A stretch of 61,094 nt of DNA, counting the filler, from Sphacelaria rigidula (lineage: Eukaryota), in assembly GCA_964200075.2 (NCBI GenBank). It is 10 parts of 10 records of this genome, joined end to end, with 100 filler letters (N's around TTAATTAATTAA, not from the genome) between each part and the next. Parts side by side here need not be neighbours in the genome. Positions count along the whole stretch, not along the records: positions 24,481 to 30,499 come from CAXNAA020022752.1; positions 30,600 to 36,618 come from CAXNAA020022753.1; 8 more parts are not named here. One strand, written 5' to 3'. Every line of letters begins with the position of its first letter. Positions within the stretch are counted from its first letter, which is position 1. Below are positions 26,722 to 36,718 of this stretch, piece after piece. The position numbers and the translations under genes were made by a program. The notes beneath the pieces are model-generated. The model saw nothing but the letters and a program-made list of their open reading frames with translations. It did not search any database and was not told where the DNA came from.

Positions 26722-26838
26722 GTGTCCGATTCTATCGTTGAGCGCTACAAGCAAGCACACCGCACAGGACTTCTATCCGAGGTGCTGCAGGACGGAGCCG
26801 CAGTGTTCGGGATGCTTCTCCTGCGATGCCCGTTGCCG
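26722..26838 (+). CDS. DnaJ/Hsp40 C-terminal-domain gene, internal exon (hydrophobic insert)
   Basis: TTTTGCAG acceptor; 39 codons VSDSIVERYKQAHR...AAVFGMLLLRCPLP; G/GTAATC donor; phase 0 joins the exon at 27953. Confidence 0.6.
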
Positions 26839-27952
26839 GTAATCAAATATAGCAGAGTGCATTCGTGCAGGAACGAATGATGCCAGGGTATAGTTGACAC
26901 GTCCTAGACGCGCGCGAGATGTCATTTCTGGTGTCGAAAGCGCAGCTAGTATGCTTTTCTGGCAGTAGTATCCATTGCTCGGACACCTGGCGGGTCATCG
27001 TAGTAATTGCCGGTTAACTTGGCATCATATTTTTGCTGCCCAGGTGCATAAGCGACATGGAGATACTCAACGGCTCTAGTAGTAGGGCCTCATGCGTTTG
27101 TGGAACATCAGGCGGGACGAGGGTGGACGTGAGGAGATTATAATAGAGCGACCACGAGGTGGCATATTGAAGATGGCTGCCCACGGTTGCTGCAAGAGCG
27201 AGCTCAAGTTTAGGGTTACGATTGGAGGCTAGGGCTAGCGTTGGGGTTGGGGTGTGGGCGAGAGTGTCACTTTGTCGCTGACACCGCCGCAAGTGTTGCC
27301 GACAGTGCCAGCGCACGTCCGTCGTATGGCAAGAGTATTGCCCGCACCTGCTACGGTGTGGCCGACACAGACGGGAGCCAGCGACCGGGCTGGCGGGAAC
27401 TGGCGACCACACTCCTGAAGTGCCGGGAAAAATTGTCGGCGTTGACGGCAGTAGGCAGATGTCGGCCAGATTAGCAGCAACTACTAGCGGACACTGCCGG
27501 TCACAGTTCCCGGAAGTGCCGGCGATGAGTGAAAAGCCACTCCGACCGTTCCGGCAACTGATGCCAGCACGCACTCTCACCGATTTTGTACAAAAATTGA
27601 AACCCCCTAGAGGGATAGTCGGTTGCGAATTTGCGGGAAATGATAAAATGCAGTAGCTGTGGGAAAATGGTTGTATGGCAGAGTTGATTTTTTTGCACAG
27701 CGCGTGAGGCCCCCCTCCCTTCCCAACGACGCGCTCGTTTCTACTGCGAAGCCCTGTTCAGCTTCTCGTGAGTGACGTGTTTGGTTCACGGCATCTCGTT
27801 ACTTCTCGTGACCTGGCTGACTTTGGGTCCGTTCTACACCGTGGAATGGGAGAGGTTCCGGAAAATATGTACATTGAACCCCTCAGTCACACGGTTAGAA
27901 CCCGTTGTCCGCAACCTCTTTCGTGTGCCCGATACCCTCATCCCGTGCCCAG

Positions 27953-28133
27953 ATTTCCGCAGTGGCGCTCGCGACGTACATCCACCTTAAGCTGCCCCGA
28001 ATACCCAAGGGAATATTTCAAGTACCAATTTTGCCGGGGTACCGCCAGGGCACGAAGATCACGTTCAACACCCCGGAAGGAGTGGATGTTGTGTTCGAGG
28101 TTGTGGAGAAGCCCAGCGACTTGCGGCGTGGCG
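27953..28133 (+). CDS. DnaJ/Hsp40 C-terminal-domain gene, internal exon
   Basis: VPILPGYRQGTKITF...VDVVFEVVEKP matches the DnaJ_C consensus IKPGWKxGTKITF...DIVFVIxEKPH. CAG acceptor and G/GTAAGG donor (phase 1). Confidence 0.85.
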
Positions 28134-28448
28134 GTAAGGTCAATAAATGCGCTAAAATGCTGTGGGTGATGTACCGCTCAAGGGCGTGTCCGCTTCACAG
28201 CATGTTTGAGCCTTTCGAAGAGGAATAATACATTTTTTTGGTGTTCTTACTTCCTTCACTTCTCTATGTTGCGGGGCTAAGCTCCCGAGACGTGAGGATG
28301 TCGCATTGCCAGCTCAGAATCGTTGGGGTGCGAAGTGTCTTTTTATACAAGCGTCTGGAGATAACGCGTAAACCTTCTTATATGTTTCTGACTCGTTTTA
28401 TCGCCAGTCATTCGGGACTACTGTGCCGATGCCCTCATTAGCTATATG

Positions 28449-28778
28449 ATGGCTATTTATTTGTTTATTTTATTTTATTTCTTTCCTCACATTTTACCCC
28501 TCCCCTTCCTGGGGATGAGTCCGTGGTCTCAAGGGATAAACCCATCTCTCCCCCAGTACGTGCCTTTCATTTTTGTCTCGCGGATTGGGTCAGCACTCCC
28601 GCACCGCGTCAACTCACGTCACACAAACTCAGTCGACTACTTTGTTCTCTTACGTTCTCACGCTCTCCACGGTGGAAATCGGACATTACGAAGAAAATAC
28701 CCAACGCACCGGGAATCGAACCCCCGTTCTCTCCACCCTAATGGCGACAGTGGGACCATTACACCACCGTGGCGCGAC
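28449..28778 (-). mobile_element. Full-length tRNA-derived SINE family B in DnaJ intron
   Basis: Minus-strand A box TGGTGTAATGG (28766-28756), B box GGTTCGATTCC (28722-28712), (AAAAT/AAAT)n tail and 9-bp TSD AGCTATATG (28440-28448, 28779-28787). A partial second copy lies near 29536-29661. Confidence 0.9.
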
Positions 28779-28881
28779 AGCTATATGCACCTTTATTGCG
28801 TACACCCCGAAAAGTCCGCGCGAGCTCATCATAAGACCCTACCTGCCTCTCCTCTTCACGATACGTGATGGTTTTCTGCAG

Positions 28882-28970
28882 GTGACAACCTGTTCGTGAT
28901 GGTGCGTTTGTCTTCACAGCAGGCGAAGAAAGGATGCACCGTGAAGGTGCCCACCCTTGACCAAGGAGAG
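28882..28970 (+). CDS. DnaJ/Hsp40 C-terminal-domain gene, internal exon
   Basis: GDNLFVMVRLSSQQAKKGCTVKVPTLDQGE matches DnaJ_C GxDL...ISLxEALxGxxVxVPTLDG. TTTTCTGCAG acceptor, GTGAAG donor, phase consistent. Confidence 0.85.
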
Positions 28971-29228
28971 GTGAAGTTAACGTTACCGAGTGCTCGTTGT
29001 TCTTGCGTCAAGATTATCCACATCTTCGTGTTTTACTGTACAGTAAGTGCGCACAATCGCAGTTGACAGCGCTCCCCATGGCACCGATTTCTCGGTGTAT
29101 GATGTTTTAGGTCGGCCATTTCTTTCTGTGCTTTGGTTGTGTTGACTTTTTTGTTACTTTTTTTTTGTTACGACTTAGTCTGCTATTTCGTTCTGTTCGA
29201 CTTTTTTTTTCTTTCCCTGTTCCTTCTT

Positions 29229-29299
29229 TATCATGAGATCACGGCTGGACCCCTGGGGGGTCAGTTCAAGTGCGACAATCAATCAATCAATCAATCAAT
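29229..29299 (+). mobile_element. Non-LTR (SINE/LINE) 3' end with (CAAT)n tail; second copy at 45167-45234 (-)
   Basis: Both copies share TATCATGAGAYCACGGCTGGACCCCTGGGGGGTCAGTT..GACAATCAATC. Confidence 0.75.
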
Positions 29300-29314
29300 G
29301 ATGGGTTCGATTAC

Positions 29315-29527
29315 TAGAGGTATCTCAAACTCGGCTCCCGGTATCCTGGTTTGTTCTGTTGTATTTTTTCAAGTGAAAGTGATGCCGATTCATCAGATGA
29401 TGAGACCCTTTGACCGCCAGGACAGGTCTTCCTATGAATCGCGATCACTTTCACTTGAAAAAATAGTACACAATTCAGAGCCAGCGAATGAACCAGGATA
29501 CCGGGAGCCGAGTTTGAGATACCTCTA
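29315..29527. mobile_element. MITE, 213 bp with perfect 37-bp TIRs
   Basis: TAGAGGTATCTCAAACTCGGCTCCCGGTATCCTGGTT and its exact reverse complement. No obvious TSD. Confidence 0.85.
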
Positions 29528-30430
29528 CTAAGGCGATTATTTATTTATATTTTTCCAAAATTTAGTATTACTCTTTTTTTATTCGTCGCACTTTGAACCC
29601 CTCCCCTTTCTCGGGACGAGTCCGTGGTCTCAAGGGATCAACCCATCTCTCCCCGGTACGTTACCCGATTTTTGGCTTTAGTTTGGGCACGCCACTTCTA
29701 TACTAAACGAAGATCAACCTGGTGGTGGTGTATTCGACGGATGGCAATACCGCACATACTCGTCGTTTGGCTCGCACGCACGACTACTCACTATTCCAAT
29801 GGATCATGTCCCTAGGACAGGGGGTTTCAGTATCACGTTGCAGGTTTTGATACATCCACCTGTATAAGAGGTGCTTTGCCAGTGTGTTGTGCTGACCACG
29901 TGCGGTACGCACAGCGCTGGACAGCCATATGATGAACAAGTTGTGTAGGGTGCACTGCAACTCGTGCACGATTGTCTAGGGTGTTCACCTAGACAAACTA
30001 ACAGGTGGCACACGGTTTGAGGAACAGGTTGTCTAGGGTGTCCACCAGATGGCCTTTTTTCAATCTGCATGAGGTTGACTTCTATAATCGACCCTGCAAT
30101 CGTCCAGGGTATATATACTGCTACTCGTGCACGTAGCCAACACTTTTTTTCGCCGCAGCGGTACTCTTTCATGACTTGTGCGAAGATGTGGCGCGCTGAG
30201 GTAGGTAGCATTCCCGCATGCGCATGGACGTATCTTGAGAAAATTTGTCGAAATGATGAACGTGCAATATGCAGCTGCAGAAAGGCGGCATAAGTACCCC
30301 GGTCCTTACACCCTCTTCCAAGAATGGCCCTCGATCTGATTTAAATCGAGTATTTGCTGTCTGGATATATGTGAAAGTCTCACTAAGGACAGGTGCCCCT
30401 GAAAAATGCAGGCTAGCCCCTCCTTCCCCC

Positions 30431-30499
30431 TGCTCCGTCTCGAAAGGGATGCGTGGTCAATGGTCAAACGACTAAGGCAAGCAACAAATGAGTACGCCC
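30431..30499 (+). mobile_element. Poly(C)-tailed non-LTR retroelement 3' end (short copy)
   Basis: Same ~70-nt unit, preceded by CCCCTCCTTCCCCC; the contig ends inside the C tail. Confidence 0.8.
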
Positions 30500-31663
30500 N
30501 NNNNNNNNNNNNNNNNNNNNNNNNNNNNNNNNNNNNNNNNNNNTTAATTAATTAANNNNNNNNNNNNNNNNNNNNNNNNNNNNNNNNNNNNNNNNNNNNT
30601 GTCTGACACACTTATGAGCCTCGTTTTTCGTGCAACCAAATACCCCCCCCCTATCGTAGGATGACTCATGTGTTTTGTCAAGACCACTTGAATTGGCTGA
30701 AAATGATGTGGGTTGACCCATTCCTGTCTGTTGCCCTTTCTTAGACTTTTTTTCCGACTTTCGCGGGTAAAGCTTCCCCGGAAAATGTGACGTCAGATAT
30801 CTCAACGAGTCCAAGGAATAATAGAAAAATTCAATCCTGATGACGTATTGCTTGGAAAATCTAGCGTTGGATTCTTTTTTCCTCCTTTTTTTGTGAAAAT
30901 TCGGGAGAAAAACCTGAAAAGTTGGGAAGTCAAAAAAGAGGTCTTGTCAACAACGACCCCTAAACAGAGGGTCGCGGAAAACGGGGTTGAATGTTGAAAT
31001 GTGGGGCTCAACCCCCAGTTCGACAATTCACATTTTTTCCGGATAAGTTCTGCGAAAACGACTAACTGAGACTTGTATTTGTCTGATGAAACTCATATAG
31101 CTTGCCCTGTTGCGCATTGTTGCTCCGGTCTCCAAAGTCACAAGTATCTTCTTTCGTACATTCGAATGAGCTCTCACCAGGTGAGAGGAGAAATTTTCGT
31201 CGACTTCCTTCGGGTGTCATAGAAAAATGTTCCAGGGTTTTCCGAAGGTCTCTCGAAATAATAAAGAGGGTTTATTAATAATGAGAATCAAAGTACCATC
31301 GTTCATGTTTCGGGAGGGAAATTTCGTTGCTGAAAGCCTTTTACAGATGTAAACATGCGAAATTTCATAGGTAGGTGAGGAACTCCCACCCTTTGCGAAT
31401 TTCCCTTTGGCGCGAAACGAAACACATCCTGGACAAAAGATTTCATTGTCAAAAAGTGTACTGCGTACAGTATAGACTATTGCGTCTCTTGCATCAGACA
31501 ACATATTCCATATACTGTACACGCAGTGCAATTTTGACAGTGCGATCTATCGTCCAGGCTGTGATAAAAAAAAACGGCATTACGTTCTTCAGAGATGAGG
31601 GAATCCGATGAAAGCGGCTTCCCTCACCTGGTGACAGCCGTTTCGAATGTACAAGAGGATATG

Positions 31664-31997
31664 CACTCGCGGCCATTTGGCTACCCCCGAAATTCCTCCA
31701 GGTGGGCAAACTTTTCGAGCCTCCAGAGGAGTTAAGCGCCTCCGGAGGGATGCGCGGCCCTCCAGAATAGATTTCTCGGTTTTCTCCAGAGGGATTAAAC
31801 GCCTCCGGAGGCTTGTTTTTGCCTCTGGAGGGCCGCGCATACCCCGAAATCCCTCCGGAGGGATGCGCGGCCCTCCAGGTCGATAGTGTTTGGTTTCCTT
31901 CGGAGGGATTGGAGGCTTCCGGAGGCTTTTTTTTGCCTCTGGAGGGCTGTGCATCCCTCCGGAGGCATTTTGCAGGGTAGCCAAATGGCCGCGTGTG
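31664..31997. mobile_element. MITE with CAC-start TIRs and internal CCTCCGGAGG palindrome array
   Basis: TIR CAC(T/A)CGCGGCCATTTGGCTACCC at both ends, TG on both flanks, several CCTCC(G/A)GAGG units. A near-identical TIR starts another element at 41261. Confidence 0.8.
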
Positions 31998-32372
31998 TGA
32001 ATTTGGCTTTTTTAGAGACCAGAGCAACAATGCGCAACAAGGCAAGCTGTGGCAAATTTTCCAAGAACAAAATCCTCATGATTTGCCGTTTTTGCAAAAC
32101 TAGTCCGGGAAAAAATAAGAATATTTAAAATAGGGGTTGAACTCCGTTTCAATGCCAGCTCCGTGTATTTTCCAGGATCCTCTCTTATTATTATCGCACG
32201 TCTTTGAGAGATAACAGCAACGTCACGTGCAGTGTACACACAAAATGAGAGGGGAAAGGCAACGAGGGAAGATAAGTATAAACAGAGAAGAGAAAAAATA
32301 ATTCCGGCCCTCCGGAGGGGGGAATAAGAAGGGGGAGATAGATAGGTGTGCGGCATACCTCTCTTCGTGTAC

Positions 32373-32624
32373 TGTGACGAAATCACGCCTTCACGTTGAG
32401 TAGATGGTGATGATGGGATGATGACTTGGGATCTGTAGTGATGAGATGAATGATGACTGGACACAGTGGTGTTACCCTGGTTATGGAGCGTATGCACCTG
32501 GAATGCACTCCGGTAATGATAAGGTGTTGTGAAGGCTGACAACTGAGACCTTGAGGCCAGTGGAACTGGGGAGTACCTCAACAGCATTAAGACGCTGCAG
32601 TACTAGCAACCTGCTGGCGTCACA
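32373..32624 (+). repeat. Putative 5' LTR of gypsy element (252 bp)
   Basis: Perfect inverted termini TGTGACG...CGTCACA. Continuous similarity to the sister copy at 58 kb begins at this 3' terminus. Confidence 0.65.
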
Positions 32625-35600
32625 ATATCGATATTAGTGCTAGTGCTAGGCGTGCTAGTTGGTGCTATCGTTTGAGACTGCTGAAAATTTTCAGCAGGGA
32701 GACGTCTGGACAGTTTGTGATTAGCTTCGGGCATAGAGCTTCACGGACGCGTGAGGAGGTTTCAAGCTGAGGTAGCCGCAAAGGCGGCTGGCCCGTGATT
32801 GATCCAGACTGGAGACTTGCTGGAGCTGCGTACAGCGGGTGTTTATAGGACCCCAGGGCTGTGTGGAGCGGCGAAGAAAGCAGGTGTGAACTGAAGTTCG
32901 AGAAGGTTTCAGAAATCTTCGATTTTCCGCTCGAGAATGTCGACTACTGAGGTACCGGCAATAGAGCCAGCGGAAACGACTTTAACCCCAGTCGTTCTAA
33001 GGGAAGAGTTGCGGCCGCCCAGTTACGGGAATTTGTATTCTGCGGGTGCTTCTCGTTCGTTTTACACGAAATACGTGGAATACAAAAATGGGGCGGAGCA
33101 TGCAAATGCAGGGGGTGCGGTAAGGCATCAGGTGGTTTCTATGGCGCAACTAGTGCCTACCCCCCTGCAACGCGTCTTCGCGAGAAGGTTCCACGAAAGC
33201 ATACCGTGACGCCGCTGCCGTTGGCCGCAGCGATAAAGAAGCACGCAGGGCATGCGGCAGGAGCGGAGGTAGAGCTTACTCAGGCGTCCGCGGCCGTGGC
33301 GAAAGGCTGTCGCAATAAACCACAAGAGGAGGACCATGCGTGAGAGGGTGGAGCCCATAATGGGTAAGTTGGAGACGTTTTTTTTTTTTAATCCCAACGT
33401 GGAGTTGATTTATCGTTCGTCCGATGGGAAGTTTCGCCCAGGGCCCGCTGCGGTGGTCACAAAAGCGATGGTAGAGGGTCTGGCACCGGCTGAATTCAAA
33501 CAGGCCGTGCTTGTGCGATTACAGCACGAAACAAATTGAAAGTCGGACCCGTATTTAGTCATGGATACCGTGGTGGCTGAAGCTCAGGCACGGCGGCGGG
33601 TCGAAGTATTCGGAAAATCATCCACTTCGTCGCCGCAGTCTTCGAGCTCACGTAACCGCGGATCAAAATCCGCAGGCAATACCGCCTCCAATAGTACTTG
33701 CTATCAGTGTGGCTAGGTAGGTCACATCGCACGGAAGTGCCCAACGCCTTCTGAGGGGGAGTCTGGGCAGACGAGTGCCGCGCGCCCTCGCAATCACAAA
33801 GGAGGGAAAGGTAATCGGGGTGGTGGCAGAGGCGGATCCTCCAGCGGTGGAGGTGTACAGTCGAGTTCCCAACAGCAGCAGCAGCAGCAGCAGGGGCAGC
33901 GGCGTCAGCAGGGGTCCGGTTCTGGGTCCGGCTCAGCCGCAGGGGCTGCTGCTTCACAACGGGCGGTGCAGGTGGGACCGACCTCTCTAGTGTCGGGCTC
34001 GGTGCCGGCGCCGCTGGCAGCAGAGCAAGGCGAGACGCCGGCTGCGGAGCCGGCCGGTTTTCAGCTGAAATTTGGATCCGCTGCTGCGTCGGCCGGGGTA
34101 CCGCTTCAATTTGGTTCTGCGGGCGGGGCTTCGTACCCGCCGCCGGTGCGGGTGACCCCAGCGGGGGCGTCTATGCCTGCGCCGCGCGCGTAGCCGTGGC
34201 GCCAAGTGGGGACTACGACCCATCAGTCGGCGGAGCAGGTGCCGGTCGAGCACCAGGACAATTATGTCCCTGCCGAATTATATCTCCCCGATCAACGGGC
34301 GCGGGGAGCTATATCGGTCAACGCGGTGTTGGCTTCAGGCGCCCACTTCACAAGCGTGTCGGTGCTAATTGTGGGGATGCTGGAGCGTCTACTCCCCGGT
34401 GAGAAAATCCGAATTCCATTCTCGCTCGGGGCGCGGCAGGCCATCACCGCATCGGGGCAACGTATAAATGTGACTGAGCGTACGATTCCCCTACAGTTCG
34501 CGCCCCTGACTACTTGGGGCCCAGCAAAATTACCCCCAACATCGTTTGCGATCATGCCGGAGACGGATAGTGTCGTTCTGTTGGGCCTACCGACGCTTCG
34601 GGGACTCGGAGTCGATCCGTATGATCGGTTGTTGGAGTCCCTAAAAACGCAAATGCCGTCGCCCGGTTCGAGTATCGAGACGCTTGCTTTTTTGGCCAAT
34701 CGCAGAGGGAGCTTGTCGGTGGATGCTTTTCAGGAGGCGGGGGGGCAGGTGTCCGAGGAGCTGGATGCGGCGGTGGAACGCTGAGTAGAGCGCGGCCCAG
34801 AGATATTTATTGACCCGGCGGAAGAGGAGTCCGCTCGGAAGGTCGCGCTGGAGGAGAGCGTGACGGATGCTGGGGCGAAAAGCCTCAGCGTCTCAAAAGC
34901 GGAGTGCCTGCGCGGCATATTGCATTGCCGCGTCAACGCGTTTCGTCATGCGCTGCGGGGTGATCCTCCTGCGCGCGTGGAGCCCATGCGTGTTCAGCCA
35001 AAACCTGGGGCGTCCGCGGTGAAGACGAAGCCGCGGCGGTATGATCCAGTAAAGTCGAGTTGGTTGGCATTGTGCATGGCGGCTCTTTTGGCGCTCGGGT
35101 TGGTGTTACGGAATTTGTAGGCGGGGTGGTCCAGTCCAGATATGGGGTTGCCAAAGAAGGCTGCATCGTGGACGGAGGGCAGGCTGCAGGTGTGGGCGGC
35201 AGCGAAGGATCTGGTGGCTCATGCCGTGACGCTGCTCCATCCTCGTCCGGATTGTCAGGTGCTCATATTTCCGGATGCATTTGAGTGTCATTGGGTTAGT
35301 TTTGTAACGCAGGTGCCTGATGCAGACATACAACAACGTTTGCCGGTTGAAAACATGACGCATGTACCCCTGGCCTTTCTTAGTGGTTATTTCAAGGGTT
35401 CACAGATGCGTTGGGCAAACAGTGACAAGGAAGGTTTTGCTATCGTGAGCGCTTTTTCATCGTCTTGAGCATCTATTGTGGAATGGCGTACACATTTTCA
35501 CGGATCACCGAAATCTAGCATACATTTTCAATCTGGAGGCATGCGTGACGTCTGTGTCGAAGGCATTGGCACAGCGATTGGAGGGGTGGAAAGGTGTATC

Positions 35601-36618
35601 AGGACAGTATCGGGACAAGATTTTGTCTTATTTCGGGTGAACGTAACGCGTGGGGTGACTTGCTATCGTGCTGGGTAAATATTCCCACTTTGCCTGCGCG
35701 CGCCGTGACTGTGTACGGTCCGTGCGAACCTGATGACCCGATGCCGTCCGAATCTGTTGTCCGCCAAGCGCAACGAAAAGACCTTGGGGCCGAAGGTGCG
35801 GATGTGTCATCTTTCGAGTCGGACGTTGGTACTGCTATCTTGGACAATGAAGGTCTATTTCGTGTGCATGTGCGTGGCCGAACCGTTTTGTGGATTCCGA
35901 GTTCTGACAAGTAGTTGTAGGTACGTCTGATGGTTTGCGCGCACAGGCGCGACGCTGGGCATCGTGGTGTGGCTGCGACGCTCGTGCGCTCGCAAGAGTT
36001 TTGTGTCTGGAAGGGGGTAGAAACTCATGTGCGCGAATTTGTCCGCCAGTGTCTTCACTGTGCTGACTCGAGGGCGGGCGATGTTGTTCCCCGCCCGCTC
36101 GGCGAAATGGCCCATGGGACCACGCCAAATGAAGTCGTTCATTTTGATTACTTGCACGCGGGCGAGAGTGGCCCGCTAGCTTCCCAAGGTTTGTCGGAGG
36201 ATGCTGCGTTCCGATACATTTTGGTAATCATAGATGATTTGAGCAACTTCGTGGCTCTGGAACCAGTAGCAGTGCGTACTGCTGAATCGACTGCTGCGTC
36301 TTTGCTGAATTGGTGCAAAACTTTGGGGGTGCCCCGTGTGTGGGTGAGTGATACCGCCACGCATTTCAAGAATGCGATCTTGGCTCGGTTGTGAGAGGCT
36401 CTGCGAGTTGATCACCAGTTTGCGGTAGCGTATTCTCCGTGGTCTAATGGTACGTGCGAACGCATGGTGAAGAAAGTAGTTCGTGCTTTTCGCTCTATTC
36501 TTCTCGAGTAGCGTCGAGAGGTGACCGAGTGGGTGGACGTGTTGCCCGCTGTGCAATGGGCGCTAAATACAGCATATCGCCGTCGGTACGATAGTACACC
36601 GTATATCATGATGTTTGG
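32373..36618 (+). mobile_element. Degenerate Ty3/gypsy element (gag-protease-partial RT-RNase H-integrase)
   Basis: gag from ATG 32937 with CYQCG..GHIARKC knuckle; protease region (AVLASGAH, LLGLPTL); RT N-terminus (KPRRYDP); RNase H (FPDA..HW, DKEGFAIV); integrase (HRRDAGHRG, VVHFDYL, ILVIIDD, WVSDTATHF, SNGTCERMV). Many stops and frameshifts. Confidence 0.95.
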
Positions 36619-36718
36619 NNNNNNNNNNNNNNNNNNNNNNNNNNNNNNNNNNNNNNNNNNNNTTAATTAATTAANNNNNNNNNNNNNNNNNNNNNNNNNN
36701 NNNNNNNNNNNNNNNNNN

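Noticed and set aside
27205..27260. Telomere-like TTAGGG/TTGGGG motifs
   Set aside because: Few, degenerate and internal to an intronic repeat; not a telomere array.
28700..28778. tRNA gene (also 10569-10630)
   Set aside because: A/B boxes are present but there is no clean cloverleaf; followed by a repeated body and tail (and a TSD for the 28.7-kb copy), so these are SINE heads.
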